Assembly (NCBI GenBank): GCA_963838765.1
Contig: CAWISU010000076.1
Span: 514 to 64,513 of the forward strand
DNA: 64,000 nucleotides
Reading direction: 5' to 3'
Origin: an uncultured Acidobacteriota bacterium
GTDB taxonomy: Bacteria; Acidobacteriota; Terriglobia; Terriglobales; Acidobacteriaceae
The notes beneath the pieces are model-generated. The model made no database searches, was not told where the DNA came from, and saw only the letters and a program-made list of their open reading frames with translations. The position numbers and the translations under genes are program-made. Of the stretch, positions 38,316 through 48,366 are shown piece by piece; the first letter of the stretch is position 1, and each line of letters opens with the position of its first letter.

Positions 38316-39224
38316 TCACAGGAATTTCATCAGGGCGTCGGTTGCATCCTTGGGTTGTTCCTCCATCACCCAGTGGCCGCAGTTTTTCAGAACGATCATG
38401 GTTGCGTCGGTGGCGACGAGTTTCATTTGATCACCCAGTAGCTTTCCGTTTGCCTTCTCGCCGCCGATCGCCAGCACCGGCATGGTGAGCCTGGTCTGAG
38501 AAAGTTGAGAAAAATCCGTGGCTGCCTGCTGGAAGGAAACGAAATAGGCCCAACCTGCGCGCATTCGTCCTGGGCGAGCATAGGCGGCGGTGTATGCTGC
38601 GCGGTCGGATTCTGGAAGCGAATGGGTCTTATCGGCGGCGAAGTCGTTCCAGAAGTAGTCAAAATAGATCCGCTCGCGCCCACGCACCAGCGCTTCCGGC
38701 GTCGGGCCATTGAAGCGAAAATGCCAGATGCCAGGGTTGTTGTAGACATCCTCCCATCCGGCCACGCCGGGGAGGAATGCGTCCATCACGACGAGCTTTT
38801 CGGTTTCCGAGGGAAACTGAGCGGCGTATGCGTAGGCAACCATCAGCCCAATGTCGTGGCCGACGACCCTAGCCTTCTCCACTCCGAGCGACTTGGCAAG
38901 CGCATGAATGCGGATGGCAGCGGTCTTCATATCCAAACCGTCGTTGGGAATTTCCGAGTCGCCGATTCCGGGGAGGTCGGGCGCAATCACGGTAAATTTC
39001 TCGGCTAGGAGCGGGATGATTGGTCTCCACATGCGTGATGTTTGCGTGTAACCGTGCAGCAGGATAACGGTCGGACCATGGCCGGCCGTCAAGTAGTGTA
39101 GTTTGACGCCGTCCACTTGTGCCATTCTCGACGCGATCGCTTCTGGCTGTGCGGAAGCTTCGCTCGCGATGGCAAAAAGAATTAATAGAGTCAAACCGGT
39201 TAACCGTCTGAACGCTAATTTCAT
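38316..39224 (-). CDS. secreted alpha/beta hydrolase (epoxide-hydrolase/haloalkane-dehalogenase-like)
   Basis: Signal peptide, then HGYTQTSRMW, the nucleophile elbow VVGHDIGLMVAY and a C-terminal ..NCGHWVMEEQP. Confidence 0.85.
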   Translation of the reverse strand: MKLAFRRLTGLTLLILFAIASEASAQPEAIASRMAQVDGVKLHYLTAGHGPTVILLHGYTQTSRMWRPIIPLLAEKFTVIAPDLPGIGDSEIPNDGLDMKTAAIRIHALAKSLGVEKARVVGHDIGLMVAYAYAAQFPSETEKLVVMDAFLPGVAGWEDVYNNPGIWHFRFNGPTPEALVRGRERIYFDYFWNDFAADKTHSLPESDRAAYTAAYARPGRMRAGWAYFVSFQQAATDFSQLSQTRLTMPVLAIGGEKANGKLLGDQMKLVATDATMIVLKNCGHWVMEEQPKDATDALMKFL

Positions 39225-39330
39225 GAAGCCTCCTGATGAGATTCACGCTGCGTAATTTTAATGTGTTTTGGCCTGTAGGCTGGAAAGGAATATCCGGCCC
39301 TCCCCACGCGCGGTGAAGGCCGGAGGAGTT

Positions 39331-40170
39331 TTATGCGGCGGCTTTTTTGCTTTGTTCTAAGAATGCCAGCAGGTCGGCGTTGATCTGGTCGGCGTTGGTG
39401 GTGGGCATGCCGTGCGGGAAACCTGGATATATTTTCAGCTTTGCTCCCTTCACGAGCTTCGCGGACAACGGCGCCGCCGCGGCGATGGGCACGATCTGAT
39501 CGTCGTCGCCGTGAAGGATGAGGGTGGGGACATCGAACTTCTTGAGGTCTTCGGTAAAATCGGTCTCGGAGAAAGCTTTGATGCAGTCGTAACCCGCCTT
39601 CATCCCGCCCATCATGCCCTGGAACCACCAATGCTCCCGAATGCCTTCCGAGATCTTGGCGCCCGGCCGGTTGTAGCCGTAGAACGGAAGGGTAATGTCC
39701 TTGTAAAACTGGGGCCGATTTTTCACATATTGGGCTCGCAGGTCGTCGAACACCTCGATCGGCGCACCCGCAGGATTCTTGTCCGTCTTCAGCATCAACG
39801 GTGGCACCGCACTGATGAGCACGGCCATGGCGACACGTTTGGTGCCATGCCGGCCGATGTAACGGGCGACTTCGCCGCCGCCGGTGGAGTGGCCCACATG
39901 GATTGCGTTCTTCAGGTCAAGCTTTTCAGTCAGGGCGGCGAGATCGTCGGCGTAGGTGTTCATCTCGTTGCCATCCCAGGTCTGCGTGGAACGGCCGTGG
40001 CCGCGCCGGTCGTGGGCGATGACGCGATAGCCGCGCTGCCCGAAGAACAACATCTGTCCGTCCCAGTCGTCGGCGGTGAGCGGCCAGCCATGACTGAAGA
40101 CTATCGGCTGCCCCGATCCCCAGTCTTTGTAGTAAATCTGCGTACCGTCTTTCGTGGTAATCGTTGGCAT
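39331..40170 (-). CDS. alpha/beta hydrolase, non-heme chloroperoxidase/arylesterase type
   Basis: The start is taken at the internal ATG (complement of 40168-40170), with AGGAGA 7 nt upstream. The product begins [43 protein letters not shown]. The nucleophile elbow is [10 protein letters not shown] and the C-terminal part contains HGDDDQIVP...GFPHGM. Confidence 0.9.
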   Translation of the reverse strand: MPTITTKDGTQIYYKDWGSGQPIVFSHGWPLTADDWDGQMLFFGQRGYRVIAHDRRGHGRSTQTWDGNEMNTYADDLAALTEKLDLKNAIHVGHSTGGGEVARYIGRHGTKRVAMAVLISAVPPLMLKTDKNPAGAPIEVFDDLRAQYVKNRPQFYKDITLPFYGYNRPGAKISEGIREHWWFQGMMGGMKAGYDCIKAFSETDFTEDLKKFDVPTLILHGDDDQIVPIAAAAPLSAKLVKGAKLKIYPGFPHGMPTTNADQINADLLAFLEQSKKAAA

Positions 40171-40231
40171 AAGTTCTCTCCTTGGATCGTGATTTGTTTC
40201 GACTGCAAAGTGCACGAACAAAATTTGCTGA

Positions 40232-40732
40232 TTAAACGGCTTGCGCGGGCTCGATGTGGAATCTCTTTGCGGCCAGAATGGTAAGGCCGAGATACACGAC
40301 CAGAACCAGAGACTGCGCGACCAAGAATGGTGGCTCTGTCTGGGTTGGCGCCAGCGCTTTCAAGGCCGGTACCTTCTCGAATGACTGCACCACGAGGACG
40401 AAGACGTTCAGATAAAGCGCAGTCGCTGCTCCGACCACATAGGTGATGCGCCATGCGCCGGCGAGGTGAAAGACGTAACGTGCCGGAATCGCGATCGCGA
40501 CTATCACCAGCGAGATAATTCCGACTTTGTGCGCTGGCAGGAGGTGATCGAATGGGAAACCGAAGCCGGTGAGGCTGGTCAGTACCGTGGTAATGAGGAA
40601 GACCGCGGTCAGACTGTCAAGGCGTTTTCCAGTCAGGAATCCAAACATCACCACCAGCCCTGAGCCGATTGCCACCAGGCTGATCAGCACGTGCAGGAAG
40701 GTGTAGGTTGCTGCGGACATGCCTAGAATCAT
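40232..40732 (-). CDS. integral membrane protein, hypothetical (about 5 TM)
   Basis: 166-aa ORF that is almost entirely hydrophobic spans. It lies downstream of the ECF-like sigma gene. Confidence 0.55.
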   Translation of the reverse strand: MILGMSAATYTFLHVLISLVAIGSGLVVMFGFLTGKRLDSLTAVFLITTVLTSLTGFGFPFDHLLPAHKVGIISLVIVAIAIPARYVFHLAGAWRITYVVGAATALYLNVFVLVVQSFEKVPALKALAPTQTEPPFLVAQSLVLVVYLGLTILAAKRFHIEPAQAV

Positions 40733-40826
40733 CCCTGTCTCCTTCTAAATCAGAGTTTTTCTAGATCCGTTTTGATTTGCTTCGTCGGTGGCCTTCGTCC
40801 GCCTTCGCGGGCGTTCCTGGATTGGC

Positions 40827-41384
40827 TTACGCTGTGGCGTGAAGGCGAAGTGGGGGGCGGTCCACCTGCGTGCCACAGAACTCGTCTGCGTCGGGCAAGC
40901 GGCGCAAGGCTCGCAGGCGAACCTGCAGCACGTTCTTAATGCTGCAACCGAGTAGCAGAGAGCATTCCCAAGCGGAATAGCCCTCGAGAATCGACATGAC
41001 AAAAATGAAGCGTTCGAGCGGGGCTAGCCGGGTGACAGCGTCGAGTTCGCTATCTCCAGGCGTTGCGGGCTGCTCGGCTCGCGACGATTCGCGTTTTCCC
41101 ATGGCCGACACCGGCGATACGATTTGAATCGCATACTTAATCAGGCTGCGCTTGAGCCAATGCACTGCCCATGGTTTGAACACGGCTTGCTGTTCGGAAG
41201 ATGCATCGATGGTCGCGCCAAAACATCGTTCGGCGTCGTGGTGATTTGCCGTCAATAAGAATGCGAGCCGATAGAGAGAGTTCATCTCGCGTTCAAGAAG
41301 TTTGCAGAAATCAACGGGCGTTGTGTAGTCAACTTTTGCGATTTCGCGTTTATTGGTTCGAAACATGAGCCCCCTCTTTCGCAT
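40827..41384 (-). CDS. ECF-like sigma-70 family protein
   Basis: Sigma-2-like LYRLAFLLTANHHDAERCF and sigma-4 HTH LERFIFVMSILEGYSAWECSLLLGCSIKNVLQVRLRALRRL. Confidence 0.65.
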   Translation of the reverse strand: MRKRGLMFRTNKREIAKVDYTTPVDFCKLLEREMNSLYRLAFLLTANHHDAERCFGATIDASSEQQAVFKPWAVHWLKRSLIKYAIQIVSPVSAMGKRESSRAEQPATPGDSELDAVTRLAPLERFIFVMSILEGYSAWECSLLLGCSIKNVLQVRLRALRRLPDADEFCGTQVDRPPLRLHATA

Positions 41385-41570
41385 GATGCAATCTTGTGGA
41401 TATGTGTGTTCCGCTGCGTCTAAGGCAGAATGCGCCGTCGCGGAAGAGAATGCATCCCGCGATGCAGTGCTTTTTTGCTACCTCGGAAGGCTGGTGGACG
41501 AATAACACGTTTGTGGTAGCGGATTTTTTGCAAGTCGGAGACAGGCGAGACGCCCGTCCTCCACGAACTC

Positions 41571-42008
41571 TTAGGATTTCGCGGAAGAAGACGGAATGAT
41601 AATTTCGCGGCGGCCGAATAAACGGGCGTCCAATGAAAACGCTCCTGGGCCGAGGCAGACGAGAGCGAGTGCAATCACGGTCGCCAAGGCAGCTGTCAGC
41701 TTGGCTGCAAATAATTCCAAGTTCGGAGGCGCAAACCAGGAGAAGGCGCAGCCTACCCAGAACAACCCGGCAAGAATGCCAGCGACCGGAGTTAGATAGC
41801 CGATCAAGAGCAAAGCGCCGGTCGCGACCGTTAATAAGCCGACAGCCAAAGTCAGGAACCCCAAGACGTGCCAATCGACAAGGCAGGCCGTGGCTTGAAC
41901 AAGAAGAACAACTGCTAAGGCGGCTCGAAGCAGCAAAAGGCCGGCTCCGGGTAACCCATCCGGGAACATGCAAAAAGCCCGCTGCAACCGCGCCTCAACG
42001 ATAAACAC
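41571..42008 (-). CDS. DoxX-like small membrane protein (tentative)
   Basis: 145 aa with 4 hydrophobic spans. It overlaps several shadow ORFs and the family call is weak. Confidence 0.4.
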   Translation of the reverse strand: MFIVEARLQRAFCMFPDGLPGAGLLLLRAALAVVLLVQATACLVDWHVLGFLTLAVGLLTVATGALLLIGYLTPVAGILAGLFWVGCAFSWFAPPNLELFAAKLTAALATVIALALVCLGPGAFSLDARLFGRREIIIPSSSAKS

Positions 42009-42117
42009 GCTCTTAGAGTAGAGCTTTCCCGCCGCGAATGAATCCCTAGTACTTGGAATTTTTTAGTACTACTTTAGCGGTAGCGTGAGTTCAATGAGAG
42101 TCGAAGGTCCATGAGGG

Positions 42118-42771
42118 TCAACGCGGCAAAGAACTGAGCAATTGGCTGACGCCGTTCCACAGAATCTGCACGCCGATGCAGACCAACAGAAACGAGGAAA
42201 GCCTCAGAATTACGTTCATCCCGGTGGGGCCCATAAAACCGGCGAGCCGATCTGCGAAGGCATAGCAGAGATAAATGGTTGCTGCCACGAAAGCGGAACC
42301 GATGGCAGCCGCGAGAAGTGCCAGCAGGTTTGCTCCCAGGCGACGCGGCTCATTTGCGCCTAAGGTGATTGCGACGGAGATGGAGCCGGGGCCGACCGTC
42401 AAGGGCAGCGTCAGCGGGTAAAACGCATCGCGCAAAGCATCGGTGCAGTGGACGGTTTTCCCGGCTGTCGCCCGATCGTTGCTGTCTTTCTGATTCAGCA
42501 TCGCCCAGCCTGTCGAAATGACGATCAGGCCACCGCCGACTTGCACTACCGGAAGTGAAATCCCGAAGAATGAGAGCACGTGAGATCCGATGGTGAAGGA
42601 CGCGATCAGCAATATAAAACTGTTTATCGCTATGTGGCGGGACAGGACTCTCCGCGTCTCGTCGGTGTAATCGCTCGTGAGCAATAGGAAGACCGGGCTT
42701 CCTCCGATTGGATCGACGATCGGAAAGAGTGCGCTTACGACGAGGAGAATATTCTTAGCAACTTGAATCAT
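42118..42771 (-). CDS. MarC-family (UPF0056/NAAT) membrane protein
   Basis: 217 aa. The product begins FPIVDPIGGSPVFLLLT, has 6 TM spans and contains ..TVGPGSISVAITLGA.., as in MarC-family proteins. Confidence 0.85.
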   Translation of the reverse strand: MIQVAKNILLVVSALFPIVDPIGGSPVFLLLTSDYTDETRRVLSRHIAINSFILLIASFTIGSHVLSFFGISLPVVQVGGGLIVISTGWAMLNQKDSNDRATAGKTVHCTDALRDAFYPLTLPLTVGPGSISVAITLGANEPRRLGANLLALLAAAIGSAFVAATIYLCYAFADRLAGFMGPTGMNVILRLSSFLLVCIGVQILWNGVSQLLSSLPR

Positions 42772-42915
42772 CGGTTCCCACCTCGCTGAAGTGATGTCCC
42801 TGATGCGGTCTTCGGTTCCCTGAAAGAAGTGTAAAACCTAGGGCGGGCATTTTCTTGGCCAGGTTTATTTTTGCCTTCTCGCTCGGGCGGAACAAGTTTA
42901 CTTTTTGGTTAGCCG

Positions 42916-43030
42916 GCACCCCCCTCCCCCTGATCTTTTGGAATCATAGGATTAGGGTGGGACTACCACCAAGATCTTTGAATTATAAGGACTTACATGC
43001 AAAATATTCCGGACAAAGGGAGTTAGTGGG
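42916..43030. repeat. dispersed repeat, copy B (C-tract element)
   Basis: The element contains ggcacccccctccccctgatc...aagatctttgaattataaggacttacatgcaaaatattccggacaaagggagttagtgg. It shares the C-tract head and a 3' block of about 60 nt with copy A at 31605-31730. Confidence 0.55.
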
Positions 43031-43474
43031 TTGCTGTGTTATCTATCGGCTGACTGTACAGGTACAGGATTAACTGGATTGGAGTGTGAAAGTCAAGGTT
43101 AAAGGTGGAGGAAATCGCAAGCCATTTCCATTTTGGACACCGCATGACAGAAAAGGGCGGGATAGCGTGGAGGCAGGGAATTCCTCCGCCCCCTCGGGCT
43201 GACGCGGGCGGCGAACAAAGAGGGGCGTCGAAAGGAGGACAGTCATTTCCCATTCAGTGAGCGCTATGGCGATTTTGCGTCAATTTGACGCCATTTAATC
43301 CGAAGGTAGAGTGAATTGCGCGAGGCGCCCTGAACACGTGGGACCCAGTGAGCGCGGGTGGGTCAGGCAAGTTCCATCCTCACGGTGGAAATCCTGAGCA
43401 GATGTTCGATGAGGGATTTGTACGTACCCCGCCACAAATAAAGCAGGGAGCGGGTGAAGGAGGACCGCCTCATT

Positions 43475-44176
43475 TTAGACAACAAACGGTATCCAGCGGC
43501 TTTTTACGCGCTCCAGATACGCGGCATACTGCGGATCGGCTCGCAGAAAGTTCTCTTCGACGATGCTCTTAATCAGAAACCACAACACTCCCAGAGCGAG
43601 AATCATCACATTCCGGACGCTGTAGGCCCGCAACGCGACACCAAGAGAGCCAATGAAAAGCCCGGTGTAGATCGGATGGCGCAAGTACCGATATGCGCCG
43701 CTGATTACGATCTCGCGCTGTGCAGGCACAAAGCCAATATTCCGCCCAAGGCTGAGCCGCGCCCAAACAATAACTGCAAGACCACAAATCGCCACAGCAT
43801 CTGAAACGAGTCTGGGCACGACGGGCTGGCCCTTCTGCATTAGCCCAATCGTAAGCAGCGCCCAATAAGTCGCCACAAACGCTAGTAGCCAATACACTGG
43901 ATTTGGCGTCACTCTTTTTGGTGGCCGGCGAATGATCATGGTCACGAAGGCGGTTAGGGTTCCGATGCTAAACGAAACCAGCGGCACACCGATTCCCATG
44001 TGCTGATAGCGAGCGTAGGTGAGGTACAGAAGTGGCACACAGGCAATGAATGCGATTGTGCGGTCTAGCCACGGCCGGCCAAGGACCGTAAGGAAGAGGG
44101 TTGCAGGTCGGGCTCGTAGGATAGGACCTGCACTCATGATTTCACCCCTGCCGACCGTTGCTGAAAACTTGCTCAT
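43475..44176 (-). CDS. isoprenylcysteine carboxyl methyltransferase (ICMT/PEMT-like) family membrane protein
   Basis: 233 aa and multi-pass, with a C-terminal signature LSLGRNIGFVPAQREIVISGAYRYLRHPIYTGLFIGSLG. Confidence 0.75.
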   Translation of the reverse strand: MSKFSATVGRGEIMSAGPILRARPATLFLTVLGRPWLDRTIAFIACVPLLYLTYARYQHMGIGVPLVSFSIGTLTAFVTMIIRRPPKRVTPNPVYWLLAFVATYWALLTIGLMQKGQPVVPRLVSDAVAICGLAVIVWARLSLGRNIGFVPAQREIVISGAYRYLRHPIYTGLFIGSLGVALRAYSVRNVMILALGVLWFLIKSIVEENFLRADPQYAAYLERVKSRWIPFVV

Positions 44177-44708
44177 GGAACTTAATCCTCCTCAGGCTGA
44201 GATTTCTAGATTTCTTAGTGGCGCTCGCAGAGTTCGGAAGGGGGTTACCGCTTGCCGATCCGCCCAACCGACAATTGTGATCTTGCCTCTTGTGCCCACA
44301 ACTAGTCCTGAAAAGCTTCTAAAAGAAATCTAAAAATATCAGGAATGATGGATTCCAAGGAAAACAGCGCACTCTTCGGCTCTGACAGTTACTCCATTGC
44401 GTCCGATCGCATCTTGGCAGGCCAAACTCCTGTAGTTGGCGTAACAGACCATAGCGCTCACAGGCCCCTCAATGAGCGTAATCGAGATGTTTCAAAAGTT
44501 AAGGTCCCGGTCTTTGCTGTGGCTCTTATGGGTTAATTCAGCCAGAAAAGGAGGAGCAGCGTTTTCAGTTAGTGTAGATTACGCCATTTGGGGCGGGGAT
44601 TTTCAAGGCGTCGGGGTCTCTCGGTCCGATGGAGACGCTGGGCGTCAGAAGAGGGTCGTCTCCGTACCGATCGTGAAAGCGTTAAGCCCGCATCGGGAGG
44701 TTTAGGCC

Positions 44709-45545
44709 TCAGCGCACGATTTTGGGGTTGGCGCACTGACCGTGCGCACGGCCGAAGACATTGTTTAAACTACCCCCGGAGTCTCCGAGCTGTGGGCTTG
44801 GGTTGTTCTTAGCACATTTCAAATTGCCAAGGATGGAATTGGTGGCAATCTCGTTGCCGTCCGGGTCGTTAGTCACGTTGTCGCTGAAGTCGACGTTGTG
44901 CGCGATGCCGTTACGGAAGAAGCCCAGCCAGCAGGATGTCCATCTATTGATCGTGAGGTTGCCTCCGACGATCATGTCCTCGAAGTCGCCATAGGGCGGG
45001 CCGCTCAGCGGCGGGGGAAGCGAGCCGGAGCAGGAATCGCCGCCGCCACCCCCGGTCATGATCACGTCTTGACCGACAATGACAAGATGGACCACTACAG
45101 CAAGGGCATCCTCTGCAATGAGGTGCCCACCAATCGCGTCCCTAGTAAAATACGAACCGACCTTCTGATCGGGATCGTTCAGGCAGATCTGATTGACCGG
45201 CTCGCAGCCCAAGAAGAGGATGCCGTTCTTCAGCACATGGATGTCGCCAAAGACATTTAAGTTCGAGCCGACATGCAGTTTGTCCGTGCCGCCGTACAAG
45301 GCGACTAGAGCGCCGCCGGAAAGCACCGTTACATCGTGCCTAACCTTCACCGACCCGGCGTCGAGCGTGCAGACGCCGGTAATTTTGAGACTTGAGTAGA
45401 CACCAGGAGTGATCGATCCACCGGTGCAGGTCTTGTCGTCACCGCCCGAGGCGTCACCAGCACTCGCCTTTGCACTTGCCCCCACCAGAACAACCGCGGC
45501 AACAGTCACCGCAATGAAACCGAACATCCGGCGATATCCGATCAT
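44709..45545 (-). CDS. secreted hypothetical protein, Gly/Asn/Asp-rich, possibly beta-helical
   Basis: 278 aa with the signal peptide MFGFIAVTVAAVVLVGASAKASA. It has several Cys residues and repetitive G-x-L/I-x-V segments. No catalytic motif was recognised. Confidence 0.55.
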   Translation of the reverse strand: MIGYRRMFGFIAVTVAAVVLVGASAKASAGDASGGDDKTCTGGSITPGVYSSLKITGVCTLDAGSVKVRHDVTVLSGGALVALYGGTDKLHVGSNLNVFGDIHVLKNGILFLGCEPVNQICLNDPDQKVGSYFTRDAIGGHLIAEDALAVVVHLVIVGQDVIMTGGGGGDSCSGSLPPPLSGPPYGDFEDMIVGGNLTINRWTSCWLGFFRNGIAHNVDFSDNVTNDPDGNEIATNSILGNLKCAKNNPSPQLGDSGGSLNNVFGRAHGQCANPKIVR

Positions 45546-45917
45546 GGCGTTTTCTCCTCATTTCCCCATGAGTGACACTGGTCGCTTCGTGAGGCACTTT
45601 ACAATCGGCAGGATTGTCCTCCTTTACTATGAGGCTGTCAAGCAGGACTGCTGAAACTCACTAAACTTAGTCCTTTGGCTCCCGGACGCGGGACGCCTGG
45701 TTAGACGGCGCTTACGCTGCCGTATGGCTGCGGGCTGCACTCTAACGCCGCTTCGCGGCTACAGATTGCTCGCCTGGACGGGCGAGGGCGCCCGTCCTCT
45801 ATTCTGAAGTGTGCGAGTTTTGTCTATTTGCGTTGTTTGTTCAGAAGTGCGATAGTGCTGCTGCCTTTCTTGAGGCTGGAAACCCGAACTTGGGCACGGG
45901 TAAGATGGTGAAGTGCT

Positions 45918-46778
45918 ATGAGAGAACGTCGATATTGGAAATTCTTCAGGTTGGTGTTCCTCTTAGCCGCGATAAGCATCGTGTCCTGCGGGCAGACGGC
46001 GTTGTTGCCGAGTGTATGCGACGAAACCGCAATGGCGTCGCCGTTGAAAGATGCTCTGCGGCAGGTTTGTCTGCGAAAGCCTGCTGCCGTGGCGGACCTT
46101 ACGGTCCGGAAGGCGATCATTATTGGGTTTGTTGGAGGCTTTGTTAAGCGCGACGATCCGAAGCATCCTGAAGTGCAGTTTGCCGCGTACCTTCGCGAGC
46201 GTTACCCCTCGGGCATCCATGCAGAAGTGTTTGCAAATCACGAAGGGCAAAAAGCGCTGCGTGAGGTTTTGCGCATGCTGGACACCGACGGTGACGGGGA
46301 CCTAACTGCTGCGGAGAAAGAGCAAGCCAACATCATCATCTACGGACATAGTTGGGGCGCTTCGCAGACGGTCACGTTAGCCCGCGAGTTGGGGCGGCGG
46401 GGTATTCCGGTGCTGCTCACCATCCAGGTGGATATCATTGCTAAACCGGGGCAGAATGGTTCCATAATTCCTGCTAACGTAGCAAATGCGATTAATCTTT
46501 ATCAGCCGCGAGGTCTGCTTCATGGACGCTCAGAAATTCGCGCGGTCGATCCCGCGCGCACCAAGATTCTTGGAAACCTTCGGATGACGTACGAGGACCA
46601 CCCGATCAATTGCGACAACTATCGATGGTTTGCTCGAACGTTTAACAAACCACATCATGAAATCGAGAATGATCCAAGGGTATGGGAGCAGGCTGCATCG
46701 CTGATCGATGCTGAGCTCGCGAACCCGAGTTCGACGGCGCAAGCGGGATCGCCCTTGCAGTCAGCGCTCGTCAAATAG
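45918..46778 (+). CDS. lipoprotein with alpha/beta-hydrolase-like GxSxG motif and an EF-hand-like Ca-binding loop
   Basis: Lipobox LAAISIVSCGQ, the loop DTDGDGDLTAAEKE and the motif IIYGHSWGASQ. Confidence 0.55.
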   Translation: MRERRYWKFFRLVFLLAAISIVSCGQTALLPSVCDETAMASPLKDALRQVCLRKPAAVADLTVRKAIIIGFVGGFVKRDDPKHPEVQFAAYLRERYPSGIHAEVFANHEGQKALREVLRMLDTDGDGDLTAAEKEQANIIIYGHSWGASQTVTLARELGRRGIPVLLTIQVDIIAKPGQNGSIIPANVANAINLYQPRGLLHGRSEIRAVDPARTKILGNLRMTYEDHPINCDNYRWFARTFNKPHHEIENDPRVWEQAASLIDAELANPSSTAQAGSPLQSALVK

Positions 46779-46833
46779 TTTCTAGTTCGCTTCCGAGTAT
46801 GCTTCCCATTGGCCTCGCAGGCTTGCCGACGCT

Positions 46834-47289
46834 TCACCCTAAGCGCGGGGTTGGGCTGGGATCGTAGAGGTGAAAAACCTCACGGTAGGGCTCGACGGGA
46901 TAGCCATTCGCTTTCCAGGCTGCCAATCCACCTCTGAGGAATTTGATTCGGGAAAATTGCAGGGCAAGAGCTTGATGCAAAATCTCCCGGCTGGTTTTAT
47001 CGCCGGGACAGGTACAGTAGACGACCGTCTCTTTCTCTTTCGGAATCAGAGACGGCTTCTCGAGGACTTCTTTGGGGGGAATCCTCTGCGCACCCGGGAT
47101 GATCTCGGGATAGGCCAACAAGTCGAGGGGTTGGCGAACGTCAAGAAGAAGTACCTCCTGGTGGGAGTCAAACAGGGAGTGGAGTTCCTGCGCTGTGATG
47201 CTGTGCTGCTCTAGTTCATTCTGATCTCGCGTGCGCTTGATCCGTGCGAAGATCAGCAGGCACAGAACCCCGAGGCAAATTGCAGCCAA
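46834..47289 (-). CDS. membrane-anchored rhodanese-domain sulfurtransferase
   Basis: N-terminal TM segment (MAAICLGVLCLLIFA), a rhodanese fold with the active-site loop VVYCTCPGDKTSR, and a C-terminal LRGGLAAWKANGYP. Confidence 0.8.
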   Translation of the reverse strand: MAAICLGVLCLLIFARIKRTRDQNELEQHSITAQELHSLFDSHQEVLLLDVRQPLDLLAYPEIIPGAQRIPPKEVLEKPSLIPKEKETVVYCTCPGDKTSREILHQALALQFSRIKFLRGGLAAWKANGYPVEPYREVFHLYDPSPTPRLG

Positions 47290-47633
47290 GAATCAAGAAC
47301 ATTTCTTTTTTCCTTGTGCTCTCGTGATAGGAGATTCCGAATCGGCTCGAGAAGATTCACGGAGCACGTTCGGAAAGCAGCTTTATGGCTAGACTCGACC
47401 GAAACTGACGTCTCTGCCAGCAGTCTTTTCTTATACCCCAAACGGGGTACGTAACTACAGACTCGCTGGTGGTAGCAAAAAAACACTGCATCTCGTGATG
47501 TGTTCCGAGCCGCCAGTGTGCGAAAGTTCGGTATCGCAAGGAGTGTTGGACGGTGGGGGGGCGGCTCGCGCTGCGTTACTCCCTTGCAGCATAGCTAATG
47601 TAGGACGAACGCCCGTGAAAGGGAAAAGCGCTT

Positions 47634-47846
47634 ATGGACAGACTAGTAACCGCACTGGATTTTGTTTTTGGCTGCCACCACAGCCATCTGAGCCGCGTGT
47701 TCACCATCGGCGGGGAAACTTATCGGGTGTGTTGCGAATGCGGAGCGAGGTTCGAATATTCGTTGGATAGCATGTGCATGGAGCGACGGTTTACGGCACT
47801 TAATTCCCCGCATGGGGAGATATCGGTCTCATATGAGTCAGTTTAA
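47634..47846 (+). CDS. small Cys-rich (zinc-ribbon-like) protein, 70 aa
   Basis: The product begins MDRLVTALDFVFGCHHSHLSRVFTIGGETYRVCCECGARFEY, with a C-x-H...C-x-x-C arrangement. ORF only. Confidence 0.4.
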   Translation: MDRLVTALDFVFGCHHSHLSRVFTIGGETYRVCCECGARFEYSLDSMCMERRFTALNSPHGEISVSYESV

Positions 47847-47888
47847 GGGCTAACGGACTGCGGAAGAACTCCCGAATTGGCGTTTAGG

Positions 47889-47969
47889 TTTGAAGGGGCT
47901 TGGCTTTCAGCCGCGCCGTGACTACGTTTTGAGCGACTTACGGCGCGGCTGAAGCCGTGCCCCTTCAAA
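47889..47969. repeat. REP-like imperfect palindrome (arms of about 31 nt, 20-nt spacer)
   Basis: The left arm tttgaaggggcttggctttcagccgcgccgt (47889-47919) pairs with the right arm acggcgcggctgaagccgtgccccttcaaa (47940-47969). Mismatches are confined to one internal block. Confidence 0.75.
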
Positions 47970-48366
47970 ACCACAGCGCCCAATCGGCTTGAACGGAGGT
48001 TGACGAATGTCAACCGATCCAATGATTGCGAACCGGTGTTCCGCGGCTGCGTCGAGCACAATTTTCCTCACCTGGGCATTCTATCCCAGATATTTGTCAG
48101 CGTAATTCACTGGGGATACATAACTTAAAGGCCCGCCGGCTTGGCGGGCATTTCTGTTTTGTGAGACAGCAAAAGACCTTTGACCCTCGGTGAGGGGGTT
48201 TGCTTCCGCTTTTCAACTTCCCGTTGTCCTCCTTGCTCACCCGGTTCCGAGACGCCTTTGAAGCTTGCAAACAAATGTGCAGCGTTATATTGTTATCCGC
48301 AAAATTGCGCTTCGCTGTGGCTGTTTCCCGACAATGACCAAAGATTTCGCGAAAGGTAGGTGACAA

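Noticed and set aside
43277-43291. A perfect palindrome GCGTCAA-T-TTGACGC in the marC/ICMT intergenic region
   Set aside because: It is a single 15-nt palindrome with no second copy and no adjacent regulator gene. It could be an operator, but there is nothing to support that.
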